64,000 nucleotides of DNA, from positions 186,001-250,000 of the forward strand of contig JALDZX010000030.1 of the NCBI GenBank assembly GCA_022813865.1, read 5' to 3'. Positions within the stretch are counted from its first letter, which is position 1, and the number at the start of each line of letters is the position of its first letter. The notes under the pieces were generated by a model. The model was not told the origin of the DNA. It made no database searches and saw nothing but the letters and a program-made list of their open reading frames with translations. The position numbers and the translations under genes are program-made. This DNA comes from Xylographa opegraphella. Its lineage: Eukaryota. Positions 35,853 to 49,344 of this stretch are shown here, piece by piece.

Positions 35853-38343
35853 ATGGCGGCTTTGGATGTGGAGGAGAAAGGGGCAGATGCAGGCTTGCTG
35901 CGGAACCGCTTGAGTGAAAGTAGGAGCCCCTATGTGAGTCTTGATGGATGTTGATCTTCCTCCTATGAAGAGCTGTGTCTGACGACACCATTCTTGAGCA
36001 GGTTCGCGGCCACATGAACAATCCCATTGCTTGGCAGATGTGGAATGCGGAGAGCTTGGCTCTTGCAAAGAAGCTTAATCGGTTGCTCTTCGTCAGTATC
36101 GGCTACGCTGCTTGTCACTGTATGCGTTTCCAGACTTTATTCATCATGATATACACGTACTCATAGCCACAGGGTGTCATGTCATGGAACGCGAATCTTT
36201 TCTTTCCCCTGAAGTTGCTCACATCCTCAATTCTTCCTTCATCCCCATCAAAATCGACCGTGAAGAGCGGCCCGATATCGACGCTATTTACATGAACTAC
36301 GTCCAAGCGACCACCGGCTCCGGCGGCTGGCCTCTGAATGTCTTCCTTACGCCGGACCTGGAACCCGTCTTTGGAGGCACTTACTGGCCGGGACCGTATA
36401 GTTCCATAGCTACCGTCGGCGACTCGGCGACGTTCATTGACATCCTGGAAAAGCTCCGGGACGTGTGGCAGACACAGGAGGAGAAGTGTCGGAGCAATGC
36501 GAAGCAGATCACCAAGGAACTGAAGGACTTTGCCGAGGAGGGTATCCACGGCCACCAGCTAGGGGAAAAAGTCGACGGCGAGGGCCTCGAGATCGAACTC
36601 CTAGAAGAAGCGTACCAGAACTTCGCGCGGCAGTACGACCAGGTCAACGGCGGCCTCGGCCTCCCTCCCAAATTCCCCACGCCGGTGAAACTCTCGTTCC
36701 TGCTCCGCCTCGGCCAATGGCCCGACGCCGTCAAGGACATCGTCGGCGAGGACGAATGCGCCCACGCGGCCGCCATGGCCATCACCACCCTGCGCAAGAT
36801 GGCCCGCGGCGGCATCCGCGACCAGCTCGGCCACGGCTTCGCCCGCTACTCCGTCACCGCCGACTGGAGCCTGCCGCACTTCGAGAAGATGCTCTACGAC
36901 CAGGCCCAGCTGCTGGATGTCTACCTCGACGCCTTCCTGCTGACGCACGACGCCGAAATGCTCGGCGCCGCGTGCGACATCGCCACCTACCTCACCAGCC
37001 CGCCCATGGCCGCCCCGCATGGCGGCTTCTACTCCGCCGAGGACGCCGACTCGCGCCCCACCCACGCCGACGGCGAGAAGCGCGAGGGCGCGTACTACGT
37101 CTGGACGCTGAAGGAACTGCAAAGCGTGCTCGCCGACCCGCTCGCGGCCGCCGACCTCTGCGCGCGCTTCTACGGCGTCCTCGCCGACGGCAACGTCGCC
37201 CCGGAGCACGACCCGCACGACGACTTCCTGCGGCAGAACGTGCTCCGCGTCGCCAGCACGCCCGGCGCGCTGGCCCAGCAGCTCGGCATGGCCGAAGCCG
37301 AGGTCATCCGCCTCCTGCGCGACGGCCGGCGGCGGCTGCGTCAGCACCGCGAGCGCGAGCGCCCCCGGCCCGCCGTGGACGACAAGATCGTCGTGGGGTG
37401 GAACGGGCTCGCAATCGGGGCCCTGGCGCGCGCGAGCGCGGTGCTGCGGCACATCGACGGCGGCCAAGCGGCGGCGTGCGAGGAGGCGGCCGTGCGAGCG
37501 GCGGCCTTCATCGAGGCCGAGCTCTTCGACGCCGACACGGGGCGGTTGTGGCGCATTTACCGCAACGGACGGGGGGACACGCCTGCGTTCGTGGACGACT
37601 ATGCGTTTCTCATTCAGGGACTTATTGAGCTGTACGAGGCGACGTTCCGGGAGGAGTTTCTCCGCTTTGCGGATACGCTGCAAGGTTCGTGCGTTCCGTC
37701 CGTCGTTCGTTTCTGCCCTTCCCCCCCCCTGCCCCCCCATATTCCTCCCTCTCAAAACCAAGCTAAAGCCTCCCCTACAGCAGCACAACTCTCCCTCTTC
37801 CTCGCCCCCACAGGCGGTTTCTTCACCACCCCCTCCCCCCCTTCCCCCACCCCCCCACTCCTCCTCCGCCTCAAACCGGGCATGGACACCGCCGAGCCGT
37901 CCCCGAACGCGACCAGCGCCCGCAACCTACACCGGCTCTCCTCCCTCCTCGCAGACCAGGCCTACGCGCGCGCCGCGCGCGCCACCGTGCGCGCCTTCGA
38001 GGCCGAGGTCGAGCAGTGGCCGTTCTCGTACCCGGGCATGTTGGCGGGGGTGGTCATGGAGCGGTTGGGGGTTGAGGGGGTTGTTATTGTGGGTGGCGAG
38101 GGAGACGAGCCGGGCGGGGGTGACGAGCACGAGCCCGAGGGCAAGGACGGCCCGCGCGTGAAACATTACCTGCAGACGCTCAGGCGCGAGTTGCGGCCTG
38201 CGCGCACGGTGGTGCGCTTGAGGGGCGAGCGGGGCGGGTGGTTGAGGGGCCGGAATGGGCTGTTGAGGGATGTGCGTGCGGGGCAGGGGGGCGGGGGGAG
38301 GGTGTTGGTTTGTGAGGGGGGGGTGTGTAGGGAGGGGGGGGGG
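35853..38343 (+). CDS. SPATA20/YyaL family (thioredoxin-like DUF255 plus alpha/alpha barrel); 3' end runs into an assembly gap
   Basis: NRLSESRSPY|VRGHMNNPIAWQ, SIGYAACH|WCHVMERESF, DREERPDID, GGWPL, PHFEKMLYDQA, DDKIVVGWNGL, AEPSPN. Introns 35934-36001, 36120-36172, 37685-37780. Confidence 0.93.
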
Positions 38344-38426
38344 NNNNNNNNNNNNNNNNNNNNNNNNNNNNNNNNNNNNNNNNNNNNNNNNNNNNNNNNN
38401 NNNNNNNNNNNNNNNNNNNNNNNNNN
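38344..38426. other. Assembly gap (83 N) between G runs
   Basis: Run of N in the sequence. Confidence 1.
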
Positions 38427-38687
38427 GGGGGAAGGGATACTAAGGTATGATGGTGCCAGACCGTGGTATCTCACTTCACGCCGTGGCTGTGGCTTGGGCG
38501 TCAGCTTGGGTTAGGGAATAAGGTGCATCTAATCTAATCCAGTAGAGGGGGGGGATGAATTGATAAGTGGGAGATGGGCCCGTGAGCGTGATGATGTGAT
38601 CTGTTGTGATGTGATGTGGTATGTGTGTGCGTTGCGGGCATGATCAACTACGAGTACACCTCACCCATTAAGAATCCCTCCGCACCT

Positions 38688-38752
38688 AAAGACCGCCACC
38701 ACCCAAAAGACCGCCACCACCCAAAAGACCGCCACCACCCAAAAGACCGCCA
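38688..38752. repeat. 18-bp tandem repeat (AAAGACCGCCACCACCCA) x about 3.5
   Basis: Read directly. Confidence 0.9.
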
Positions 38753-39310
38753 GCCACCTTATGGAAGACATGGCAGTCATCATTCCCAAGACATCCCCTT
38801 CCCCTTCCCAATCGCAGACATACCCCCATCTACATCACAACACGGCTCAAGCATCCACTCGAATTCACAGCCAAGTCACACACGGTTCGTCAAAAGCTAC
38901 CATTCTAAAGAGAAGAAACAAAGATGACAGACCCGAAAGCCCTAAAAAGGTTGCGAGGAACCCCCTCCCGCGAAGAGGGGCCTCGAATGCAGTAAGAGTA
39001 TCCACAAAGAATCGAAAAACATCCATCGCCCAAAGGGGGCCTAGATGCAAACCAGAATCACGAAAATGGACCAAAAAGGCTGCCAACACACAAGTGTGTG
39101 GAAAACTCCCCAAACAGATAGTGGTCGAGATGCCAATCACGTTCCTTCTCCTCCGACTGCCAAAACATACGGCAGGATAGATGTACCAGACAGTCATCCC
39201 ACCACGTGCTGAATGCTGTGTGGGAGAGAAGGACCAGAATGAAACTCGTCTCAAATCTTCATCTAAGAAAGCTCCCCTGCGCCTTTGACCATGCCACATC
39301 GAACCACCCT

Positions 39311-40298
39311 TCACAAGCCGATGATCTGGTCGCCCACCACGGCGACGGTCGGGTGGCCCAATGGTGCGCCGACCTGAGTGAAATCGCCAACGTAGTTGCC
39401 TAGAAAGCCACGTCAGTAGGGAAGAACAACGAGGGTCGAAATGGTGTCCGTACCAGGAGCGTAGTAGAGACAGGCCACATAGTAACCGGACCCAATCGAA
39501 GTCCCAGCCGAGCATTCGGAAGTGCCACATCCGACTTCCGTGGTACCCTTCCAAACGAGTTGTGAGAAATGACCCCAGTTCTGGAAAGCAGGGGAGTTGA
39601 CGTCGAGATCTGCAATCCCGTAGCCCGGGAACTGAGTCACCTCGCCATTGTACCACATGTCGGTAATGACTGCCGAGAGATTGCCAGGCCCGAGGTAGGT
39701 ACCTTGAGCGATGTTCATACCCACTCCTGAGACTCCGGCAGGACTGTCAACTGTTAGCGAAGAATGCCTCAAGCCCGAACATCCATCCTTACAATGATTC
39801 ATCCCAGACACAGCTCTCGGCCTTGGTCTGCGCCCATGAAGCGAGAGTTTGATTGTAGACGAGCGCATTGGCCGAGTGATTGGCACGATGAACATTGTGG
39901 TGTTGAAGAGCAATAGCCGCATAGGTTGGCGATGTGACATCGAGATCCGGCACCAGTGTGGTTGGCGCCCCATTGGAAGCGGGCGAAGCTGCCTGAACTA
40001 TGGGAGCCGGTGCCGGAGTCACGACGACGGGAGCAGGCGCAACTGGTTTGGAAGCCGGTGGTGAAGGCGGCGGAGTGTAGACCGAAGAGGTTGACGTTGG
40101 GCTATGAACCACGACCGGAGGAGTATAGGCTGCAGTCGTGGTCGTTGATGTGGTGGACGTTGGTGCGGGGGCATCAGCATAGACGTAATCGGTGACAGTC
40201 ACCACAACGATGTCCTCAACCAAGGCACGGTTGAAGTTGAGCGGAACGGCCAAAGTCCCGATGGCGAAGAGGACCGAGAGAGCAGCCGAGGGACGCAT
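39311..40298 (-). CDS. Secreted CAP/SCP (PR-1/PRY-like) protein
   Basis: Exons 40298-39793, 39743-39454, 39399-39311 (295 codons). Signal peptide, S/T/P linker, HNVHRANH, GMNIA, WYNGE, GHFSQLVWKGTTEVGC, VACLYYAPGNY. Confidence 0.92.
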
Positions 40299-41557
40299 CT
40301 CGATGGACGTCCTGATGTTCGTGATTTGTTTCTGAGTGGAAATGAATGTTAGAGATCACCGATCACCGAGGCTGTCGAAGAATGTAGAGACAAACAAGAG
40401 CAATATCGAGCAACTTTATGGCCTCCGGAGAAAAGTCTGTACGACGAGGGATGGCAAGTGGTATGACTGAAACGATGCAGTGCGATCAGTATGGAGGATG
40501 TACACGAATAAGACACGGGCTGAATGATACGGATGTAGAAGCTGGCTCACCTTGGAGTTGCAGTTGATATGAAGGGAGCGTGAAGGCTTGTCTCGACTAG
40601 CGTAACGGGTGAAGGAGTGACTGATCAACAGAGAAGGAGTGACAAGCTTTGTACACCTGAAGGAGTGAAAGTGTGCAAGAGGCTGAAAGGTGGTGGCACA
40701 GCAAGGGAGCGTGGAGGCCCAAAAAAGAATGTAGATGAAGAGGTGGTGATGGTGAAAGAGTGGTGGTGAAAGGGAAGAGGCAAGAGTGAGGTGAAAGAAA
40801 TCGGCAGCGTGTCAACGAAGGGCTCAGGCCAAGATTGGCGGGTGTGAATGCGAGGTCAACGGCAGCCAATCAGCGGTCGATGCAGCCGGATAGTGGGCTT
40901 AGGCCATGTTTTGTGGGGAAGATTCAACTGAGATTGTGTTTAATCGGGCGGAGATGGGAAGATTGCAGGGTCGAGACGGAGCATGGGTTCGGCGATGAAA
41001 AGGAAGGCAACACCACCACGACCGTTGTACGTTGTACGAGGACGGTCTGCCGTGGACATTATATGGAGCAACAGTTCACGGACATGATATGGCACGCGGT
41101 CGAGAAAGCAGGATCTCCGGACTCGTCCTCCTGCTACTCCATCCACTCCACGTTTCTGGACCGGGGCGGAGAGGGTGAGGAATGTATGAGGCTGGCCAGC
41201 GTGTTTCTACCACCCATTCTGGCCATGTCGGGGGAATTCGACGCAACGTAGCCGCTTCCAGGGAAGCGTTCGAATAGCAGCAAACAGCGATTGGCGCCGA
41301 CGTGGTCACAGTGTCCAGGAGCGGAGGAAGAGTGTTGGCTGGCGACGACGCAAGAAACGAAATCACAGTGGAGAGAAAGCGCGTTGTCGTATCACGTGCC
41401 TTGTTTCACGCCGGCACATGTCGTCATCAGCCCCGGGCCGTGATTGGCTGGCCGGTGCACGGGTACCTGGCCGCTAGCTCTTAGTGTGCCTCGTAGTGTT
41501 GAGCCGCTAGTCCGTGGCCCGTTAGTGGCGTCTCGGCTCTCGGCTGGACTCGCGTGT

Positions 41558-41593
41558 GATAGGGGATAAGGGATAAGGGATAAGGGAAAAGGG
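41558..41593. repeat. Short (ATAAGGG)n-like purine repeat
   Basis: gataggggataagggataagggataagggaaaaggg. Confidence 0.7.
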
Positions 41594-43698
41594 AAAGAGC
41601 CAACAAAGAGAAGGAAAGACAGCTTCATCCTCCGTTGTTACATGGCCAGGCCTCATGACTATGCTTCTTTGGCACACACGACACGAGACACGATCCTCGG
41701 AGTCTTCGTCGTCCATCAGGATCACAGACAGATTCTCAGCCAAAAGCCATGTTCGTCTATCGTGATCGATGTTTCATGCGCACCGACCAGCTGGCTCATT
41801 TGCCGTGTTTCAAGGACAGGCACCATCATTGGCAGTCCGCGCTGGAAAGTAATAGACTACCCATCATAGGATGGCAGCGTTGAAAAATCTGTTATGGATC
41901 CTGCTGAATAATCACGAAATGAACCTCAGTCTCCTCGATCCATTATATTATAAACATGACCATGAATCTTCACAGTTGTCATGCTGATACTCACATCGCC
42001 CACGTCCAAACCCCCCCTCCGACATCAACAACATCTCGCAGTCTGCCCGCCATCCTGATCAGCCAAGCCAGACCGGCATCCCACGCCCCAGGTCTCCGTA
42101 CCACCATCCAAGCAAAGCAGCCGAGCAGGCCCGTAGCGAAACACATGTACGCCGAGCCACAGGCCGCCTCACGCCCCCACTTGACACGGCTGCCTTGCAT
42201 CATGCGGCGCGTACCCACCGCTCGAGCATGGGGCGGGAGAATGCCTGGGCGCGCAAAGCAAGGGAACTCTATTTCCCCCAAGTCACGATCCACGAGCCTG
42301 GGCATGATGACGGTCACCATCCTCGACATTGGGAGAACCACCCGGAGCGAAATCCCATGGTGGAGCGATCGAAGCACCAGTTGCCGAGCCCAGCACGCCG
42401 AGGTCTGCCGGCGAGGTGTGACGCTTGTCAAACGCCGATAAGCTCGACTGGGAAACGGGTATCTGGCACGGGCGAGTCGACTACGTCTGGAGAAGTGCGA
42501 CTCCAGAACCAGTGGATTGACAACTCTCAAGCAAAGTACCCATCACCTATCATCCTGCCAGTCAGGCCAGGCTTCCAAAACGCTCACCGAAGCACCCCTT
42601 CCAGCCCACGGCCAGTGCACGCCCGCTTCAAAACACCGCATACTCCCCCAACTCCGATGCCCAAACATCAATGCCCAAACCATGCCCGCCCCGGAAACCA
42701 TCCCCACAACCTCGATGCCCCAGCATCAACGCCCCAACCCTCCCCTCGAAACAAACCCCACTACCACTTCCTACCCCCTGCTCCACCTCTCCATTCCCTC
42801 CCTCTCTCACTCTTCCACCCCATCCCCCACCCTCCTCCTCCTCCTCCTCCTCCCCATCTCAGCCATCCCACCCCCCCACATCAACCACGCAACCCACCCC
42901 CAATAGCGCCATATCTCAGCAACCACACCAACGCCCCCCCCCACCACCACAACCCCCTCATCCGTCGCCCCAGCCCCCTCGCCCCCTTACATAACCGCCA
43001 ACCATAGCAATCACGATCCCAAAAAGCACTTCAGTTTGCGAAAAAAAAAACAGCCAGAAAGAAGCCCTGCGAAACATGCCGAGCTGCCGTGCCCGACGAG
43101 CACAGATTTTCAACCGCGTACGAAAAGGAAAGAGTAGGCAGTAGTGTCTGTGTGTGGAGTTCGTGAAGCTCGCAGAGAACGGGAGCAGTGACCTGCGCTG
43201 CAGCGCGGAGATGGCGACTTATGCTCATTCACGGGGGGTGGTGAGATATATATGTAGAGAGACAGTCACAAAGGCTTCGTGCTGGTAGTGTGCGAGCGGA
43301 TGGCAAGCATGTTCGGTGGGGGCGAGGAACGGTAGGTAGGTAAGTAGACAACTGAGGTGGCTGGCAGGCAGTCAGGCGGAGGCCAAGATGAAAAGAACCC
43401 CATAACGCCATATTGCAAACATCCCATTCCATTGCATCCCCTCTCGCTATGAAATTGCCTTGCCGCGATGAAAGCAAAAAATCCAACGAGGAGCCTGCAT
43501 TTTCCGTCCTGTTATTACTCAAACAGGGACTTGCTAGAGCGTACCCATACATGAAAAACCCTCGCTAGTTCCCACCCAACCCAGCAACTCACACAACAAA
43601 ACGCCAAGAACATCCAATATCTACACGAGAAGAAAAAAAGAAAAAAAGAAAAAAACGGCTCCTCCTTCCCACCTCACCCATCATAAACAACACTCTCT

Positions 43699-45178
43699 CT
43701 ACCCCGCCTTCGCAGCCAGCGACCTCTCTGGCGCCTTCAAGCCTCCCAACACCAGCGCACAAACACCCAACATCCCTGCGCCCCCAACCCCGTACGCGAC
43801 ATCCCTCCCCGCCCACCAGTACAGCGTGCAAAAGAGCAGCGGGCCCAGCGATCGGCCGACCTGACCTACAAAGAGACAGAAGGTTAGCCAAGCAGACAGA
43901 ACACAGCAAGCGCGCAAAAGCCATGCACGGCCCTCGTTTCGGGGGGGGGGGGCCAACTCACCCCAACTCCGATGATTGCCCAGCTTGCCACCGCGTTCAT
44001 CCTCGCCGGCTTCGAAGCTGCTGAGGCTGTTCAGGCCGGTGACCACGGTGGCCGTGGTGACGGCGAGGAGAGCGGCGGCGCCGTAGAGGCCGGCTTGGGT
44101 GGAGAGGCGGCCGAGGAGGAAGAAGCTGGCCGCGCACGCGAGGACGCCGACCTGGACGACTCGCAGCGGGTGCAGTCGGCGCGTGACCGAGCCTTGGAGG
44201 ACGGACGCGATCAGGCCGATGAAGCCGAGGAGTTTGCCGGATTGGGAAGAGGAGTAGGCGAAGAGGTCGTAGGTCATGAAGGGGAAGGAGAATTCCATGC
44301 CGCTGAAGAACAGGATGAAGATGAAATGGGTGAAATTCAGGAGGAGGTGGGAGTTGGTTCGGACGGGGATCGTTGCCCCAGAAGAAGCCTTCTCTTTAGT
44401 GGTAGATCCGTTTGTTGTTGGTACTTCTCGTGCTGAAGGCAATGTCTCTGGTAGGCAGAGGTACAGATAGAGTGTTTCGACCAGAATCAAGAACAACGAG
44501 AAAGCGGCCGCTGTCGCGAACGGGTTCGCAGCCACGGTATTGATGCTCGCGAGTGCTGCACCTAGAGCGGGTCCGAAGGTAAAGGCGATTGAGAAGCAAG
44601 CGCCAACGAGCGCCATAGTCGGGCCTCGTTGCTGATCGTCACTGATATCTGCCGCCATGGCGATTGCCAATTGTACATTCCCCTCGCTCAAACCACCAAC
44701 CACTCGACTGGCCAAGAATGTTCGAAAGTCCGTCGCTGCGACCCACAGAGCCACGGAAGCGATGTTGCCACCCATCGACCATAGTAATGCCGTCCGGCGT
44801 CCATACTTGTCTGAGAGGCGACCGATGATCGGCGATGCAATGGCTTGCAGGAAGGAGAAAAGAGAGCCGAGAGCGCCTCCGAGAAGGACGATGTCGTATC
44901 TATCACTGATAGGCCGCGAAAAGGAGTGTTTGTAGGCATTCAGTCCAAGAAGTATGCGATTGAGGATAGACGTCGAAGTCGGATCTGGCGCTTCCAAGTT
45001 GCGGTAAAATTCGAGAAGCTTGGGGAACAGAGGCAGGATGAAGGTGAAGGAGATCTGTCTTGTCTTAGCAAAGAGTCCATCATATGAGAGTCCATGACAA
45101 TACTAGATCTAACAGCAATGAAATAAAAATAACTCGTAATATCTGCTTTCGCTTCGCGGTTGCTAAAGGGGTTGCCAT
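43699..45178 (-). CDS. MFS transporter (tetracycline-efflux/MFSD10-like)
   Basis: Exons 45178-45104, 45054-43962, 43865-43699 (445 codons). SLLLDL|ISFTFILPLFP, motif A GRLSDKYGRR, SRVVGGLSEGNV, GPALG. Confidence 0.92.
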
Positions 45179-45793
45179 TGCGTGAGAGCTCGAGCCTTGT
45201 CCCGAAGAGCTGCACAGCGGTGGAAATAATAGAATTAAGAAGCACACGTTACTACGAGAGAAGTGGAGGAGGTCATGGCAAGACACGGCGCCTGAGCCAT
45301 AACTACGAGGGATTGAGCTAGATGATGGAATCTCCCTATTTGGGCGACCTCGGACGATCGTGGAGATGCCGAAACGCGCTAGATTTCCCCGGACGGCCAG
45401 GGTCCGAAGCCACCGATGGTAGCGCCTTGGCTAAAATGCCAAATGCGGAAACAGCATCACCAAGTGCCTGTAGGTACACAGATACCGATTCGTCTGTCGA
45501 CGTGCTTAATGTACTCTGGCGGTCTATCTGCTGTAACTATAAACCTTCGTCTTGCTCTCTGCATTCATCTAATCGTACACATACTCAAGAAGCACTGAAA
45601 CACAACATGCCATTCCGGACTGTATTCCCAATACCATTGAAATCACTTCAATGCTTCTCATTATCCTAACAAATCGCATGACTCTCGATGCCTGTGCTTT
45701 CGAGGTCGGGGGATCATAAATCTAGAGTCCATATCGCCATCTTCATAACCACTGCGCCGAACCGAAATTCCGTCTGAGTCCCGCCTGCTTATT

Positions 45794-48495
45794 TTACAAT
45801 CCAATCTTTCCTACCCAGTTCACATTTTCGTTTTTGCACCACTCGCCAAGTAGACTCCAGCCGGCCCTGATTGCCTCAATCCCAGTGGTAATGCTACTCA
45901 AAGGGAGATAGAAGTCTCCATTCAGGTTTCCAAGCGTCAGTTTTTCCTTCGACCTGGCCAATGGGGCCCTGGACTTGCGCTTCCATGTAATAGGGAAGGA
46001 CTGCTGTAGGTCGTCGACTGAGAGTTCAAATGCACCGTCAACCCAGAGGTGCTGTGCTAATCGGGAGTTCTCCGCAATCTTATCTTTGTGCTGCATGTAC
46101 TCTTCCAGGCTGCGTATTTGTTGAGAGCTTTTGGAGGCTGTCTCGGTCGCCACAGCTGCCTGCTTGGTTTGTGTCATCAGCGGTCCAGGTTCCTCATTGG
46201 TGGATACAGTGGGTGGCGGCATGCTTGCCAATTGATCGATTTTGGCTACCAAGATGAGGTTGTGACAGACAGCCTCCAGTTGTAAGCAAAGTCCGTGAAT
46301 CAAGGTATGTCCTTGGCTCCTGCGCTTCACCACTTGTATGAAACCAAAAATTGTCTCCCAAGGGTGAAAATCAATAGCTTTACGGGAAGATCTCCCTGGA
46401 GCTTTGGTCTCGTCGGAAATCGTATAAGCAAGCATAAAACAAAGAACACATTCGATCGAACATGCAATTGCTTTTTTCTCAAACTCCGGCTCGTCCCTCT
46501 CTTTCCATTGCAGGTCGATTTCATCGGCTTCGTGCTTCAGCTTCCGACCAAGTAGGAAGAGTCTTTTATGCTCGGCCCTCCATGCATTGATTTCGTCAGA
46601 AACCGAGCTGGTCACGGAGGTAATCGATGCGGAGCGCGCGTCCCGGTTAACTCTTTCCACACTATTTGGAGCAAGAGGCGTTCCACCTCGAATAGATCCT
46701 TGTGGTGTTTTGACATCTGCATCCCCAATCTCAAGTCGCCGAGCAGGGCCATTTTTACTATCTTGAATCTTCTGACCACTTCCATGCGTGGATACTATAG
46801 GAGATCTGAATGGCGGTGGAACGGGCGTTTTAGGTTTCTGAGAGAGATCCAGACCGTTTGGGTGCTTTTGGCGTTTGCTCTGTGGTAGATTAGTTTCGGC
46901 GTCATCCTCCAGCCTTGCACGCTTTTCCTTAGGCTTTGAAGACCCAGAACTTGGGACATTAACCATCTCGCGCCGTACAACAGACTTCTGCCCAGTTGTG
47001 CTTCTCTTCTCCGAAGCAGGTTGCGATTGTTCCTTGTCCAGTCTTCCAGATCGATTCTTGTCGTTTACTTTACCGTTCACTATGGGAATCTTATCCTCAG
47101 TTCTGATTGATGATACAAGTTTCACCCGGGATTTTGCTGGCGGCATCTGCAGAAGTCTCAAAACATCCTTACGACGGGCCTTTGGTATCTTGAGCCGGAC
47201 AACTAGCCTCCTCTTTCCAGGGATTTCTTTGGAGCTAGGAAGTGCTGTGTTTGTGGCCGGCTTCTCTGCTATAGTTCCAACTACTGTGCCAGTGACAGGA
47301 TTCTTTCCAACGCTGCCATTCGCCAAAAGAGCCTTGTCCGTATTGATCTTACTAGCCGATGTTGATCGCTCTCGGGAAGTCTGTGTCAATGTTAATGAGT
47401 TATTTGAGCCCTTCGTATTCTGCTCCATAGTGGACGATTTTTTTGGGACATTTGATTTTTCCTCGGCTTTCGTAATCTGTTTTGCTGTGTGTAGCTCTTT
47501 AATGTCTTGCGATATGGTGGATTTGTGTTGGCTTGGAATAGGCCTGGAGGAATTCTGTTTTGAGGGACTTTTACTCGATGATGGCTTCTGACTATCAGGC
47601 TCAGCCTTTTTGGGCTTCGGCTTTGAAACACTGACAAGTCTAGCCAATTCTTCTTCGACAACAGAAGGAAGCGTCGGCGACAACAGACTTGGAATTGTTA
47701 GCTTCGGTAGCGGCTGTGACGTAGCATCGACTGCAGTAGATGGCTGTGGATATGGCGAGCTTCGCGGCTTTTTCGTGAGAGGTTCGGAGCTTTCGTTTGT
47801 TGACAAAACAAGAGCTAGATTGTCAACTTGCATAGTATCCACAGATCTGAAGAGACAGTAAGCACTCTCCCACTAGAAAGTTGACAGGTATCAGGAGGGA
47901 GATACCTCTTCTTGCTCTGTTCCTGAGGCTGGTAGTTCACCGAACCCTTTCCCACCTCTACCTCGACCCCATTGAGACGCGCAGACGGCGCAGACGGCGC
48001 AGACGGCGCTTCAGTCCCATTCTTCTTTACCACATCTTGAGACGCTGGCTGTACACCCGCTTTCTTATTTTTGTAGTCCGCAAGAGTCATCTTTTTCCCG
48101 CCTTGTTTGGGTGTACTGGTTCCGCTTTTGATACCTCGTACACCGTTCGGCGACGCGTCAACAAGCTCTCCCTTCTCATTATCCCAACCCCCAATTGCGG
48201 TAATAAGACTATCACCAAGCTCACGTCTTAAGAAGCTAACATATTGCAGCTCTCCTTCATTCACCGAGAATGGTGTATTCCTGGTCCAATCAATAGTCTG
48301 AAGGGGGTTGAGGTGGTATGAACGTTCACCAGGAACTGTAAGAAGGTATGGTGAAGGAGTGATGATCTTTTCGCTGACGTTTCGAAGGCGTGCATCCAGA
48401 CGTTCAAATTCCGCTGCTTGATATAACTTGAGCTTGCTGTTGTTGGGAGGATTCGTCGGTATTGACGATGTTGTGGTGGAGTTCGACGAGAGCAT
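45794..48495 (-). CDS. Large nuclear low-complexity protein, probably ELL-binding Ebp1-like (helical C-terminal domain)
   Basis: Exons 48495-47906 and 47846-45794 (881 codons). K/S-rich middle; KKMTLADYKNKK; C-terminal GRKLKHEAD...GLCLQLEAVC...FPITW...LPL...W..L.EW resembles, from memory, the fungal Ebp1 C-terminal domain. Gene is secure; family call is tentative. Confidence 0.65.
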
Positions 48496-49344
48496 GTCGC
48501 TCGTCAATAACGTCTATTCAGCAGGTAAAGTGACCCACTGCAACTGGAAGTAGGTCGGATTGTGTAGGTGAAAACAAGGAGTGTCAGTGAGTGGAAAGTT
48601 CTTATCACCTTAGGAGTAGAAGATCAGTAGGAATCTCAATGAGTTTTTGATCGAAGAGTTGGGCCTTTTATAGTGGTCAGCGAGAACACTGAATAACCTT
48701 ATTGTTGTGGTGTGATTTGGAAACTGACTGCGTTGTTCCTTTTGTTGCACGAGTCCAAGCTGAATCTCAATGGGATTCTTTGAGCCGGCACGTTTGGTCG
48801 TTTTTCCTAGGAGCAGTGAGTGCTCAGTCGAGTCCACTTCTATTCTGCGAGAGACTCCAGAGGTACGGAAGTTAGGGCTTGAGTTGCCCATTCATTGTTT
48901 GGCGGCAGCCGGTGAATGCGCTGGCTGCCATCCAGGACTGACACAGCAGGTGGGCTCTCAGCGACACTGAGAGCTGGACCTGTTGGTAGATGACAGAATG
49001 CGCGGAGCCGGAATGATCGCTCTCGAGCTCGGTGTCGGTGATTGACACGAGATGATGGCAGTGAGACGTTGGCTATGGGCGATCTGCAATGATGAGGGCT
49101 GGAAGGGCGGCTTTAGATTCACAGGGATCCCTGTATCCTAAGCGGACCGAAACGGAAACGGGGGATTGCCAAATCGTCGCCCGCAACAAACCGAGAAGCT
49201 AATAAGTTAGCGAGGCCAGTTGCCAGCGTCTCAGTTATGAATGAAATAGCAATCTGTTTCAGTCACAATTCATCATGATTACTCGTTTCGAAATACTGCT
49301 CAAGTCGAAAACTTTACAACGACAAGTCAGAGAACCCTTATCGT

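Noticed and set aside
36465..37788. Long overlapping ORFs (387 aa plus, 395 aa minus) within the YyaL gene
   Set aside because: Expected shadows of very high GC3 coding sequence; Arg/Ala/Gly-rich with no motifs.
38427..38514. Continuation of the YyaL ORF past the N gap
   Set aside because: Gap length is only an estimate, so the frame is unknown; the protein already shows its usual C-terminal VCEGGVC motif before the gap.
41558..41593. Telomere-like repeat
   Set aside because: Unit is ATAAGGG, not TTAGGG, and only a few copies; ordinary microsatellite.
41956..43007. Several 100-270 aa ORFs upstream of the CAP gene
   Set aside because: Low-complexity C-rich tracts lacking stops; no domains or convincing splice structure.
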